Positions 1 to 10,429 are shown, counted from the stretch's first letter. The stretch: 64,000 nt of DNA from an uncultured delta proteobacterium (GCA_963737265.1 CAVTRY010000023.1:128001-192000); one strand, 5' to 3'. Notes: a model not told the origin generated them from the letters alone. Translations and numbers: made by a program.

Positions 1-28
1 CGCGGCAAGCCTAGAAAAGGCCGGCGCG

Positions 29-292
29 ATGAAGGCCAAGGCTCAGACCGGGCTCGGAAAGGTCGCTTCATCGCGCAAGGTGGCCGATGTTTCGGATCTC
101 GGGGCCGACCTGAAAGCGGGAAGGATTTCGCCCCAGGACGCCATCGACAAAGTCGTGGATCGCGTCCTTGCCCAACAGTTGGGCGCCAACGCCCCGGCAG
201 CGATCAGGAACAAGCTGGCCACCGCCCTGCGCGAAAGCCTGGCCGACGACCCGCTTCTCGCGGCCAAGGCTCGCGCCCTCGGCCGGGGGTAG
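29..292 (+). CDS. hypothetical protein (true start may lie upstream of window)
   Basis: Helical Ala/Leu-rich ORF converging on the next gene; no recognisable motif. Confidence 0.5.
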   Translation: MKAKAQTGLGKVASSRKVADVSDLGADLKAGRISPQDAIDKVVDRVLAQQLGANAPAAIRNKLATALRESLADDPLLAAKARALGRG

Positions 293-300
293 CCGCGCGC

Positions 301-585
301 CTACGAGGGCTTGCTCTGCGTAGCTCTGCGTTGGGCAATCAGCTCGCGGACCTTGGGTGGCAGGAAAATGCCGTCCGTTTCCATCGTTGCCAGCGCATCG
401 GACAAGATCGACGCGCGCTCGGATAGCGCCGTCTTTTTGTCGATGATCACGCACCACTCGCCCTTGACCTTGCACAGCCCGCCCCCACCCGTGGGTCCCG
501 AGGACACCATGTTTTCGTAGCGGACCTTCACGCCAAGCTGCCCGGCGGCCGTTTCCAGAATCTCGGTTAGTTGCTCTGCCTTCAT
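301..585 (-). CDS. small hypothetical protein
   Basis: ATG start 5 bp after the kinase stop; protein-like sequence (LGVKVRYE...GGLCKVKGEWCVIIDK). Confidence 0.7.
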   Translation of the reverse strand: MKAEQLTEILETAAGQLGVKVRYENMVSSGPTGGGGLCKVKGEWCVIIDKKTALSERASILSDALATMETDGIFLPPKVRELIAQRRATQSKPS

Positions 586-590
586 CGTGG

Positions 591-1835
591 TTATTTCTCT
601 GTCTTGGTTAGGACTGTCGATCCAGAACCGAGTGGCAACGACACAACGAAGGTCGTGCCGCCGCCGAGCTTGGATTGGAACGTAACCTGCCCGCCATGAG
701 CAAGCACAATGTTCCTTACCACGGGTAGTCCCAAACCGGTGCCGCGCCCGGCGGGCTTGGTGGTGAAAAACGGCTCGAACACCCTTGGTCGATCCTCCTC
801 GCGAATGCCCTCGCCGGTGTCGGAAACCGACAATCCCACACCGCCCACACCGCCCACACCGCCCACACCGCCGACGCCGCCCGCACCGCCGGCCCCCGTC
901 GCGCCGTCGGCAAAGGTACGCACCGTGATGGTGCCGCCGACATCGCCGAGTGCCTGCGCGCCATTGCTGACGAGATTCGTTACCACCTGCATGATGTGGT
1001 CGCGCACAACGCGTACCAGCGGCAAGTCGACCGCCAGATCGCGCACCAGGGTCGCCTTCGCTTCATGCAGCACGTGCTCGCAGAACGAAAGCGCGTGCTC
1101 GACGACATCGTTGAGGTTCACCTGCTCGACCTCGCGTCCCGACGGACGCGCATAGGTGGTGAGATCGCGCGAAAATCGGCGAATGCGCTCGGCGCCTTCC
1201 TGGATCTTCTTCATGCGCTCGATATCGATGGGCTCGTAGGCGTTCGGCACCCGGCCCTGGGTGGCGAGGGCAGCTTTGCGCAGGACGGCCTCGACACACA
1301 TTTGAACCGAGGTGAGAGGGTTGTTAATCTCGTGCGCCACGCCCGCCGCGATCTGGCCCACGGTGGCAAGCTTCTCGGCATGCAAAACCTGGTTCTGCAG
1401 TGCTCGCAGCGCGGTCAGATCGTGCCCGGCGGCCATGATTGCCGTCGGCTCACCACCGGCGCCGCGCACGGGAATCACGCAGAACGCGGCCGCCGCGACG
1501 GCGCCCGCAGCCCCCGGCAGACGCACCTCGCAGCGAATGGGTGAAAGGACGCTGGCAACCTGGGCCATGATGTCGGCGAGATCGCGAACCCCGCACCCGG
1601 TCAGCCAGTCGGACAGCCTTCTGCCAACACCGTCGGCCTCCGCGCAACCGGTGAGAATCGCCAAGGCGCGATTCCACGCCAGCACGCGACCGCCGAGATC
1701 CGTCACCGCGATGAGAACATCGGACTCGTCCATCATTTGGACGAGCCCCTTTACCAGGCTCCCTGCAACCTCCGACCCGGCTTTCCCGTCCGAGTCAGCC
1801 GTACGCGATGGTGCCTTCGGCCCTGGCGTTCCCAT
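591..1835 (-). CDS. PAS-domain sensor histidine kinase
   Basis: H-box AGVAHEINNPL, N-box NLVSNGAQA, G1 DTGEGI, F-box FEPFFTTK, G2 GTGLGL; N-terminal PAS-like region. Confidence 0.92.
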   Translation of the reverse strand: MGTPGPKAPSRTADSDGKAGSEVAGSLVKGLVQMMDESDVLIAVTDLGGRVLAWNRALAILTGCAEADGVGRRLSDWLTGCGVRDLADIMAQVASVLSPIRCEVRLPGAAGAVAAAAFCVIPVRGAGGEPTAIMAAGHDLTALRALQNQVLHAEKLATVGQIAAGVAHEINNPLTSVQMCVEAVLRKAALATQGRVPNAYEPIDIERMKKIQEGAERIRRFSRDLTTYARPSGREVEQVNLNDVVEHALSFCEHVLHEAKATLVRDLAVDLPLVRVVRDHIMQVVTNLVSNGAQALGDVGGTITVRTFADGATGAGGAGGVGGVGGVGGVGGVGLSVSDTGEGIREEDRPRVFEPFFTTKPAGRGTGLGLPVVRNIVLAHGGQVTFQSKLGGGTTFVVSLPLGSGSTVLTKTEK

Positions 1836-1847
1836 TCAACCCATTTG

Positions 1848-3215
1848 CTATTTTCCGCCGCGCTTCGCGCGCGGAGGATGCAGCAGCGCACGCGCGGCGG
1901 CAGCGGCCTCGGCCAAGACCGTGCGCACCGGTACCTTCGCGCGCAGAGCGAGCTTGCGACAATCCTCGAATTCCGGGGTCGCCCCAAGAATTTCGCCGAC
2001 GCGCGCGGACACCTTCACGCTCACATCGCCGTAACCGGTCGTGACCTTGGCCAGCGAGCGATCGAGCACGGTCCTATTCAGGACCTGACGACGGAGTCCG
2101 ATGGTTGTCGAGTTGGCAAAGAATGCCTGCTCGACAACCGCTAGAACGTCGCGCGGACAGAGCGCCGAGACATCGAACGCCGGCCTACCCTTTTTCATGA
2201 GGATGGGCGTGAACCAAACGTCCAGCGCGCCGGCTGCAAACAGCGCGGTCATGAGCGGCTCGGCCAACTGCGGACTCATGTCGTCGATGTTCGCGGCGAT
2301 CAGCACGACCTCGTTGGCCGAAGCAGGCAGCGCCTGACCCACGGCTTCCCCGAGCATCACGCGCAGAACGTTGGGACGATCGGCAAACTCGCGCGTGCCC
2401 GCGCCAAAGCCTTGCGCCCGCAAGCGCAGCGGGGGCGGCGGACCAAACGAACGAACCACGGTGGCCAAGATGGCGGCGCCGGTCGGGGTCGTGAGCTCGC
2501 CCTTGCCGTCCGTGAGAACCGGCAGCCCGTGCAGGATGGCCGCAGTCGCTGGCGCGGGCACCGGCATCAGCCCATGCGCCGTGCGGATGGTTCCCGAGCC
2601 AACCACCGGTGGCGTGGAGGTCACGGCCGCCGGTTCCAGCCAGACGATCGCCGCCGCGGCGCCCACGATATCCGCGATGGAATCCCACGCCCCGACCTCG
2701 TGAAACGCCACCTTGTCTACTGAAACCCCGTGCAAGGCAGCTTCCGCTTGGGCGATGCGATCGAAGATATCACCGGCCAGCTTCCTGACCTCGGGTTCGA
2801 GAGTGGCCTTGTGCAAGAGCCGCCGAATTTCCGCGTAGTCCCTGTGCTCGTGCGAATGCGCGCGGCCGTGGTCATGGTCGTGGTCGTGGCCGTGCTCGTG
2901 GCCGTGGTCGTGGTCGTGGTCGTGGCCGTGGTCACGGCCGTGGTCATGCTCATCGCCGTGGTCGTGCTCGTGGGGGGCCGCCTGCTTCTCGCCCTTCCCC
3001 GGCCAATTCACCGTGAAACCCAATCCCACAAATGCGCCCCGTCGCCTCGGCTCGAAGCCCACCTTCAACCCTTGCAACCCGATCGCCTTGATCGCGCCAA
3101 TGACGACCTTTTCCGGTACGCCAGCGTGGACCAGCGCGGCCACAGTCATGTCGCCTGCCACTCCCGAGCAGGGATCGAAATGTAGATGCAGCCCCTTGCC
3201 GATGGATGTCGTCAT
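1848..3215 (-). CDS. larC: nickel pincer cofactor biosynthesis protein LarC
   Basis: FDPCSGVAGDM start, long His/Asp-rich tract, FHEVGAWDSIADIVG, ELTTPTGAA, MKKGRP, PEFEDC. Confidence 0.93.
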   Translation of the reverse strand: MTTSIGKGLHLHFDPCSGVAGDMTVAALVHAGVPEKVVIGAIKAIGLQGLKVGFEPRRRGAFVGLGFTVNWPGKGEKQAAPHEHDHGDEHDHGRDHGHDHDHDHGHEHGHDHDHDHGRAHSHEHRDYAEIRRLLHKATLEPEVRKLAGDIFDRIAQAEAALHGVSVDKVAFHEVGAWDSIADIVGAAAAIVWLEPAAVTSTPPVVGSGTIRTAHGLMPVPAPATAAILHGLPVLTDGKGELTTPTGAAILATVVRSFGPPPPLRLRAQGFGAGTREFADRPNVLRVMLGEAVGQALPASANEVVLIAANIDDMSPQLAEPLMTALFAAGALDVWFTPILMKKGRPAFDVSALCPRDVLAVVEQAFFANSTTIGLRRQVLNRTVLDRSLAKVTTGYGDVSVKVSARVGEILGATPEFEDCRKLALRAKVPVRTVLAEAAAAARALLHPPRAKRGGK

Positions 3216-3970
3216 GATGATCGCACCCGGTTGAGCAGCGAGGCCATGCGGCCAGCGCCAAAGCCATTGTCTATGTTCACCACCGCCACGCCGGTGGCGC
3301 AGGAATTGAGCATGGTCAAGAGCGCCCCCATGCCGCCAAACGCCGCGCCGTAACCGATGCTGGTGGGCACCGCGATCACCGGCCGCGAGAACAGCCCACC
3401 CACCACCGTCGGCAGCACCCCGTCCATGCCCGCGACAGCCACCAGCACCTCGGCTTTTTCGATGGTCTCACGGTGGGCGAGCAAGCGATGCAAGCCCGCG
3501 ACCCCGACGTCGAAAATCCGAATCACCTGATTGCCGTCGAGCTCGGCCGTTGTCGCAGCTTCCTCGGCGATGGGAATGTCCGCCGTTCCCGCCGACAGCA
3601 CGGCGATGGTGCCGCGCCCGCGCGTCGGGGCTGGCTGCGGCCCGACGACTACGATGCGCGCGACTTCCAAGTAGCGCGCGTCCGGCACCGCGGCCAACAC
3701 GTCCTTGGCCACGTCGGCCGTGATTCGCGTCGCCATGACGGTGGCACCATCGCGCCCGAGCTCGGTCAGCAAGGTCGCGATCTGCGACGGCGTCTTGCCG
3801 GTACCGAAAATTACCTCGGGAAATCCCGTGCGCAGGTGGCGGTGCGTGTCGGCGTGGGCGAAGCCGAGCGAACGAAACGGCAAATCGCGCAGCTCGCGAA
3901 GCGCATCGTCAAGGCCGGTTTTGCCGTCCCGGACGTCTTCGAGCAAGGAACGTAGGCGTTCTGGATTCAC
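3212..3970 (-). CDS. larB: nickel pincer cofactor biosynthesis protein LarB (PurE-like)
   Basis: DTHRHLRTGFPEVIFGTGKT, AGTADIPIAEEA, DVGVAGLHRL, VPTSIGYGA, VVNIDNGFGAG; overlaps larC start. Confidence 0.94.
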   Translation of the reverse strand: MNPERLRSLLEDVRDGKTGLDDALRELRDLPFRSLGFAHADTHRHLRTGFPEVIFGTGKTPSQIATLLTELGRDGATVMATRITADVAKDVLAAVPDARYLEVARIVVVGPQPAPTRGRGTIAVLSAGTADIPIAEEAATTAELDGNQVIRIFDVGVAGLHRLLAHRETIEKAEVLVAVAGMDGVLPTVVGGLFSRPVIAVPTSIGYGAAFGGMGALLTMLNSCATGVAVVNIDNGFGAGRMASLLNRVRSS

Positions 3971-5511
3971 GTGATCATCCTAGCAGATTTGCCGTCCATC
4001 CCGTCCAGCGCTGACTCTTGCGCGCGAATTTCGTAGATGACCCGCGTTTTGGCCGCGCGATCGTGCAGGGTCTGTCGATCGCGATCCACCAGTGCGAACA
4101 GAAATCCCGCCAGCCACGGCACGGCCACGATCAAGTTGGGAAACAGCATCGTCCGCAAGAGCGCATCGATTCCGCGATCCCAGATGAGAACCGGACTGAC
4201 CCCCGCGGCGCCAGTCAGCCGATTCTTCACTTCGATGAGATCGGTCGCCGCCCCAAGCTGCAAACTGATCATGGCCAGCGCCACGAGCGGCCCCCAGAAT
4301 TCGACGGCGAAACGGAGCAAAAGTCCGGGCACGCGCACGCGCCGGGTGGTTCCCACGATGTGCAGACCGATGAGACGTTTGCCTAGGGTCTTGCCCCACA
4401 CTCGGTGCGCGACAACGTAGTAAGCGCAAAATAGCACAAGCCAGATCCGCGTCGCCGCCTGTTGCGACCACGACATCGACGCCGCGATGATTTGTCCGAG
4501 CGGCGCCACCAACATGAGATCCACCGCCAGCGCGGCCGCGCGCGGAAGCAAGCCGCCGGCCACGCGCGGCTCGGGCCGCACCGATTCGAGGCGCGCCAAC
4601 AGGGCATCGTAGCTTTGCGGTCTGCGGCCCGCATCGGGATCCATCATCTCGAGGATGAGCTGGCGCAGGCGCCAGGGCGCCACGTCGGCTGCAATCTCGG
4701 GGCGCGCGGCACTCCGATGCATCTCGGTCATGGCTACTAGACTGTCGGCTTTGAAGGGAACCTTGCCGGTCAGAAGCTCGTGGAAAGCGATGCCGAGCGC
4801 GTAAATGTCGCTGCGCAGATCCGGGCCTAGGCCCGCGATCTGCTCGGGCGCGGCGTAAAATGGCGTGCCCACGAAACGGCCCTCGGCCTTCTCGTCGGAA
4901 ATCTCGGAAGTCGCGAGCCCGAAATCCGCCACCTTGACCTCGCCCCGCGCCACCCCAGTGGCGCCGCCGCCGAGCAGAATGTTCGACGGCTTTACATCGC
5001 GGTGGATCATCCCGCGCGCATGCGCCGCCGCCAGAGCGCCCGCAATCTGAATCACGTATTCGAGCGCATCGGCCCAGGCGAGCGGGCCTTCCCTCGCCAC
5101 CAGGTCGGCCAGCGTCTTGCCCTGCATGAGCTCCATCACGAAGTAAGACACGCCCTCGAAGCGGCCGATATAGTAGATGGTGACGACATTCGGATGTTGC
5201 AGACGTGCCTGGGCGCGCGCCTCGTCCACCAGGCGTGAAATCAACGTCGGGTTGTCGGCCAGCTCCTGACGCAAGAGCTTGAGCGCCACCGGGCGGTCGA
5301 GCGACATATCGTGAGCGAGGTACACCCGCCCCATGCCGCCTTCGCCGAGAAGCGCTTGGATGTGAAAGTGATCGATGTGCCGTCCGATGAGCGGATCGTC
5401 CCCGGCAGGCTGGGGCTGGACCGGCGGGCGCTCGGCATCGTACGCCGTGGCGGCAAGAGCTCGCCCGGCGCTCGGCGTTTCACTGACGGTTTTGGCTTCT
5501 GACCAAGCCAT
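3967..5511 (-). CDS. Ser/Thr protein kinase with C-terminal RDD membrane domain
   Basis: LGEGGMGRVY, VALK, HRDVKPSN, DFG, APE; C-terminal GKTLGKRLIGL...QTLHDRAAKTRV RDD motifs; start placed at ATG 5511 rather than ORF-track 6135. Confidence 0.88.
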   Translation of the reverse strand: MAWSEAKTVSETPSAGRALAATAYDAERPPVQPQPAGDDPLIGRHIDHFHIQALLGEGGMGRVYLAHDMSLDRPVALKLLRQELADNPTLISRLVDEARAQARLQHPNVVTIYYIGRFEGVSYFVMELMQGKTLADLVAREGPLAWADALEYVIQIAGALAAAHARGMIHRDVKPSNILLGGGATGVARGEVKVADFGLATSEISDEKAEGRFVGTPFYAAPEQIAGLGPDLRSDIYALGIAFHELLTGKVPFKADSLVAMTEMHRSAARPEIAADVAPWRLRQLILEMMDPDAGRRPQSYDALLARLESVRPEPRVAGGLLPRAAALAVDLMLVAPLGQIIAASMSWSQQAATRIWLVLFCAYYVVAHRVWGKTLGKRLIGLHIVGTTRRVRVPGLLLRFAVEFWGPLVALAMISLQLGAATDLIEVKNRLTGAAGVSPVLIWDRGIDALLRTMLFPNLIVAVPWLAGFLFALVDRDRQTLHDRAAKTRVIYEIRAQESALDGMDGKSARMIT

Positions 5512-5973
5512 CGCGGAAGGCGGCAGCATAGCCCCCCTCGCCGCGCGGCGCACGTTTCCTTTCCCCCGGGGGTACCTTGCATGAACCCTGGGTTTTGGGG
5601 TTTTGGAGTGAAGCGACCGGAAACCCAAGAGCGCATCCTCAAGACGGGTCGCGAGACCTGCCACGTATGGGTGTGTGTCCGCCGAGAGAATGGACGGAAA
5701 ACCCGGGCCTGTGCAACGCACCTTCTCCCCGGCGATGCCGCCAGGGGTTTCGCAAAAGACAGCCGCCACGTCGAAACCGGCGGCGACGTCGGCGCACGGT
5801 CGGCCTCGGCTCTCCGCCCACGACCCTCTGGTCACGGATTTGCGGCACACGACCCTGGTTGCGGATCTTTGGCAGGGATTTGGACTTTCGCGTCCGGGGG
5901 CTAAAGGTATCGCTTGGGCCGGTCGATACCACGACATTCCCTCGGCGCCGCGGACCTTGATGCGAAAGATGCA

Positions 5974-7491
5974 ATGGCAAAGATGAACCAAGCCCTGAGT
6001 GTTGCGTTGGCCTTTACCCTGCCCCTCACAACTACGTGCAGCGTTATCGTCGACAGAGGCGCGGTGCAGTGCGGCATTGATGCCGACTGTGCCAGGTTCG
6101 AAACCGGCAACATCGCGCATGCCGTCTGTAGCCAAGGCGTATGTGCCGATTCGGGGCTCGGCCCCAAAGGCTGCTTCTCCGGAACGCCCACGACCACCGT
6201 CCAGTACCTTAACGCATGCACCACCGCCCAGAGCATGCCGTTCGACAATTGCGCCAGGCTGGGACTTTGCGGCGCCGCCGCCTTGCCTGATCCAACACCT
6301 CCGGTCAGTGCGGGGACAATCACGGCAGCCATCAGCGCCGTGGCGCCACCCACAGTGAAGTGCGCGGATGCCGGGCCCAACGTGATCTACATGACTGGGA
6401 CATCCGACTTTGGGCCGTTGCTCAAGCAGGTCACCCCGCTGCTCATGGCCAATACCCCGCCCTATCGCCCCATCTTCATGGCGGGAACCTCGTGCGGCGG
6501 CGTAAGCTCCGTGTTCGATCCCACCTTGACCCTCATCAAGGACGTGCCCGGGACATCGACCAAGGCGGCCAACTACGCCTATTACTTCGATGACACGGGC
6601 ACGCAGGTTAGCTGCTTGCTCAACCCAGCGGGCAACACTGTCGACATTGGCGCATCCAACCTCTACTCGACAGTGTGCAATACGAACTTCGTGCCCAGCG
6701 AAACCGTTGCCGGGTACCTGGGGCCGGTCGTCACATTCGGCCTCACGGTGCCCGCGGTTTCGACGCAGAGCTCAATCAGCGTCGAAGCAGCGCACATCAT
6801 CTTCGGGCTCGGCGGGCAAAATCCCAACGGCATCGCCGCAAGCCCGTGGATCGATCCCGCCTATTATTCCATCCGCAATTCGGGCGCCGGATCGACCGCT
6901 TTGGCAGCGCAGCTCATCCAAGTACCGCGAACGGGATTCTGGGGCGTGGACCGCCTGTCGACCGACGCCATCAGCACCACGCTGAAGGACTCCGCGCAAC
7001 CCGAGGAATCCATCGGCATTCTCTCGATCGACTATGCGGACAAGGGGCGCGGCAACCTGCGCGTTCTCTATCTGCAAGGCGAAGGTCAGCTTACCGGGTT
7101 CCTGCCTGATTCCACCCCCACCTCTTTCAACAAGGAGAATGTTCGCGACGGACACTATCCCCTCTGGGGCTACGTTCACTTCTACACGGCGAATATCAAT
7201 GGCGCACCTTCCGCCGCGGCGGGGGCCTTCGTGACCGGCTTCTCGGTGCCCAAGCTCGATGGCGCGTTGGTGGATGCGATGATCGACGCGTCGCTGGTTC
7301 CTCAGTGCGCGATGCAGGTGGCTCGTAGCACCGAGATGGGCGACTTCCTGCACAATCCGAACAACTATCAATGCGGCTGCCACTTCGACTTCCGGACCAC
7401 CGGAAAAGCATCGTGCAAAACATGCACGACGTCCAACGATTGTACGGCGAGCTCCCCGGCGTGCAATTACGGCTTCTGCGAGACGCAGTAG
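5974..7491 (+). CDS. secreted Cys-rich protein with periplasmic-binding-protein-like central domain
   Basis: Signal-like N-terminus, Cys-rich ends, central GTSDFGP...RNSGAGST...NVRDGHYPLWG resembling PstS-like PBP folds. Confidence 0.7.
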   Translation: MAKMNQALSVALAFTLPLTTTCSVIVDRGAVQCGIDADCARFETGNIAHAVCSQGVCADSGLGPKGCFSGTPTTTVQYLNACTTAQSMPFDNCARLGLCGAAALPDPTPPVSAGTITAAISAVAPPTVKCADAGPNVIYMTGTSDFGPLLKQVTPLLMANTPPYRPIFMAGTSCGGVSSVFDPTLTLIKDVPGTSTKAANYAYYFDDTGTQVSCLLNPAGNTVDIGASNLYSTVCNTNFVPSETVAGYLGPVVTFGLTVPAVSTQSSISVEAAHIIFGLGGQNPNGIAASPWIDPAYYSIRNSGAGSTALAAQLIQVPRTGFWGVDRLSTDAISTTLKDSAQPEESIGILSIDYADKGRGNLRVLYLQGEGQLTGFLPDSTPTSFNKENVRDGHYPLWGYVHFYTANINGAPSAAAGAFVTGFSVPKLDGALVDAMIDASLVPQCAMQVARSTEMGDFLHNPNNYQCGCHFDFRTTGKASCKTCTTSNDCTASSPACNYGFCETQ

Positions 7492-7582
7492 CATGCAGGG
7501 AGAAGCTCCGGAGGGGCCTCAGTCAGCTTTAGAATACAAGATCGTAGACTGCCAGTCCGCCACGCCACGATGTTGATGACGT

Positions 7583-8143
7583 GTGGGGTACTGGTCGACC
7601 GCGCGGAGGGCTCGAAGTATGGGAGCAGCAACGCCGATAGTAGGAATAGCAATATCAGAGCAGGACATCGCCCCCGACGGCAATCCAGCCCGTTCAAGGC
7701 CATCCCGCACCGCAACCAACAACGACGTGCTGACGAAACGCCTGTTGAAAAGGTCGCCTAGCCACCTTGCCCTCGTGGCAGCGGGCCCGGCAGCCGTAAC
7801 GGCCGAACCGCCCGGCGCACTGGCGGGGGTAGGATCTGGCAAAAAGACGCTATGGCTGGCGGCAATCGCGGCACTCGGCGTAGCGGGCACACTCATTGCT
7901 TTCCTGCCGGCGACGCCGAACGCGGTGGCCGGATTGAGTCTCCGCGAGCTGGTCGGCTTTGAGGCGATCGTAGTTCTGGCTTTGAGTTTGCCGGCGGTGG
8001 TGCCAGGGACCCTGACTGGCCTCGCCATCTACGGAAGGATGTCAGACTCGAATTTCAAGCGCTTTACGTACTTGTTTCTGGGGATATCGGGCATCGCCCT
8101 CCTGGCGAAGACGCTGGGACCCGCGATCAGGAGCCTGTTGTGA
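7583..8143 (+). CDS. membrane protein; C-terminus resembles TauE/SafE sulfite-exporter end, possibly a chimeric fragment
   Basis: LPAVVPGTLTGLAIYGRMSDSNFKRFTYLFLGISGIALL; much shorter than a full TauE. Confidence 0.4.
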   Translation: MGYWSTARRARSMGAATPIVGIAISEQDIAPDGNPARSRPSRTATNNDVLTKRLLKRSPSHLALVAAGPAAVTAEPPGALAGVGSGKKTLWLAAIAALGVAGTLIAFLPATPNAVAGLSLRELVGFEAIVVLALSLPAVVPGTLTGLAIYGRMSDSNFKRFTYLFLGISGIALLAKTLGPAIRSLL

Positions 8144-8212
8144 AGAGGTCGAGCGCATCCATGGATCCCACGCACGCAATGCTGATGATGGCGCGATGAA
8201 AGGCGGAGAACC

Positions 8213-9001
8213 GTGAACACGACACCCCTACGATTGGTCGCCATAGAAGAAAAACCCCCGGAAGAGGACGAACAGAGTGGCGCTCCCGTTATGATGATTA
8301 GCGAGCAAGACGCGATCACGCGAAGGGTGCCGGACTCCGAAATGATCGCCTCGCAGGACACCTTCCGGGACCTGCCAAAGGGATCCCCCAGGTTGAAGCT
8401 CTTCCTGCCAGCAGGTGCGGTCGTGGTCGCGGTCATGGTGGTTGTCGTTGGGTTGGCAACAAAGGGCAAAAGCACGGCCGCCCCGGCACCGGTCAACGCC
8501 ATCGCTGCACCGGTTCCGATTTCGGAGGAATCGCCCCAGCCGCGGCCATCCTCGGCGCCAGCCGCGCCCGCTGCGCCTTCATCTCCTCAGGGCAAGGCGG
8601 CACCCGAGATCATCCGCCTCGGAATCACCGCTGACCCTATGGAAACCGAGCTGAGCTTGGACGGCAACGTCCTCGCCAGCCATCGACTGAATCTGGAGGT
8701 CCCGAAGGATCGCGGTATTCACGTCGTTAGCGCCTCGGCGCCTGGGTACATTCCATTCAACCAGCAAGTCAGCTTCTCGAGCGATGTGGTCCTCAAGATC
8801 AGTTTGCACCGAGCCCATACGCCGCCTGTTCGCCAGGCGGCAAGATCGCGACCGTCCCAACTAGAGTCAAGCACCAAGCACAACATCCGACCGACGGCCG
8901 TGTCGCCGCGCCCAGGCCTGGAGCCCGGCATGAACCTGGAGGGTCCATCCATGCGACCCAGCGCCAAACAGATTGACGAAAGGAATCCATACAAGCCATG
9001 A
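8213..9001 (+). CDS. single-pass membrane protein with PEGA-like domain
   Basis: TM helix, Pro-rich linker, ITADPMETELSLDG...HVVSASAPGY; C-terminal NPY typical of myxobacterial kinase tails. Confidence 0.7.
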   Translation: MNTTPLRLVAIEEKPPEEDEQSGAPVMMISEQDAITRRVPDSEMIASQDTFRDLPKGSPRLKLFLPAGAVVVAVMVVVVGLATKGKSTAAPAPVNAIAAPVPISEESPQPRPSSAPAAPAAPSSPQGKAAPEIIRLGITADPMETELSLDGNVLASHRLNLEVPKDRGIHVVSASAPGYIPFNQQVSFSSDVVLKISLHRAHTPPVRQAARSRPSQLESSTKHNIRPTAVSPRPGLEPGMNLEGPSMRPSAKQIDERNPYKP

Positions 9002-9996
9002 AAACACAGGTCTTTGCCCTATCCATTGTATTGACATGGCTTTTCATTCCCCAGGCGGCGAGTGCCCAGGCGCAAGGCACTGAAGATTCTGACGCAGCAA
9101 AGGCTGCCGTCAGGTTTCAAAGAGGCGTTGAATTGTACCGCGAGGGGAGTTACGAGGGCGCGCTGGCCGAATTCAGCAAAGCCTACCAAGTCAGCCCGTC
9201 CTACCCTGTGATCTACAATATCGCGCAGACGCAGTATGCGCTTCACGACTTCGTGGGCGCCTACAAGTCCTACCTGCGATACATGGCCGAAGGTGGCGGG
9301 GCGATCTCCGCCGATCGTCGCGCCCAGGTCGACGACATGACTGTTAAGCTCGTGGGAAGGATCGCCAATGTGCAGATTTCGACGAATGTGACCGGCGCCG
9401 ACATTCGGGTCGACGACGTCAGCGTGGGAACCTCACCGCTACCCGGGCCCGTTCCCGTCAATGTGGGAACGCGCAAAGTGAGCGCGGCCAAAGCCGGTTC
9501 GCCCGAGACTGTCCGCGTGCTTACCGTGGCTGGACGAGAGAATGTAAGAGTCGACCTCCAGATCGATGTCCCCACTGTCGCTTCGGCAAAGCTCGCGCCA
9601 AGCGCCGCCGGGTCGCTGTCCGCATCGATGGTCGCGAAGGCGCCGGTTCAGACCGCCCCCTCGCGAATCGGCCTGATCGCCAGTTTGTCGGCGACCGGGG
9701 CTTTCGCCATCGGAACCGGCGTGTGCGGTTTCCTTGCACTAGGCGCCCAAAAGAATCTGAACGACCAGATCAATACCTATCCAAACACCAAGAACAACAT
9801 TGAGAGCGCGCGTACAAAGAGCAAGAACTATGGATACGTCACCGATGCTCTTGGCGCTGCCACCCTCATCTCAGGCGGCGCGGCCCTCTACCTCTTGCTC
9901 AGCGGCGATTGGCTAACGCCAAAGTCCAAACAAACGCACAAGGCCATCATGGTGTCCCCCACCTTGGGTGGAATGGCTGTGGAAGGAATCTTTTGA
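8998..9996 (+). CDS. TPR and PEGA domain secreted/membrane protein
   Basis: Signal peptide, FQRGVELYREGSYEGALAEFSKAY TPR, GADIRVDDVSVGTSPL PEGA; ATGA overlap with upstream gene. Confidence 0.85.
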   Translation: MKTQVFALSIVLTWLFIPQAASAQAQGTEDSDAAKAAVRFQRGVELYREGSYEGALAEFSKAYQVSPSYPVIYNIAQTQYALHDFVGAYKSYLRYMAEGGGAISADRRAQVDDMTVKLVGRIANVQISTNVTGADIRVDDVSVGTSPLPGPVPVNVGTRKVSAAKAGSPETVRVLTVAGRENVRVDLQIDVPTVASAKLAPSAAGSLSASMVAKAPVQTAPSRIGLIASLSATGAFAIGTGVCGFLALGAQKNLNDQINTYPNTKNNIESARTKSKNYGYVTDALGAATLISGGAALYLLLSGDWLTPKSKQTHKAIMVSPTLGGMAVEGIF

Positions 9997-10429
9997 CCGC
10001 GATCCCACGGTCGGGCCCATGAAGCTCCTTTGGTGCTTTAGGGCTCGTCAAAGAATAGATGCTCCGAGTTGGGCGACGAGGCGCCCGCATGGCGAGGCGC
10101 GAGGAGGAGGAGTACTTGACGTATTCCGACGACGAGCAACAAAGCCAGCCGGGATGGATCGTCGTCCAAATCGTTGCAGTGCCAATTGTGCAAGAAAAGC
10201 CGATGGGCTGGCGCCGCGCGCACGCTATACGTTTCCAAATCCATAGCGGAACGTCTTCGTAAATTTACAATCATGATCCTGCACCGAAACCGCACCTGGG
10301 TAATGCTTCATAAACAGGAAGGGAGGTCGTCACCATCGATCGACTTGCAGGCAGCCTGCCAAACGACTTCAGGCCGGCGCTGGTCTACGGCTAGACTAAG
10401 AACCAGCGACCGGCCTCGGGAAAGGAGAC

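Noticed and set aside
2870-2970. Hexamer repeat as an independent element
   Set aside because: It encodes the His/Asp-rich nickel-binding tract typical of LarC.
5512-6135. N-terminal 200-aa extension of the kinase-RDD ORF
   Set aside because: Not protein-like, and it overlaps the divergent gene start and its probable promoter region.
10038-10295. Short ORFs upstream of pfkA
   Set aside because: No motif, RBS or codon-bias support on either strand.
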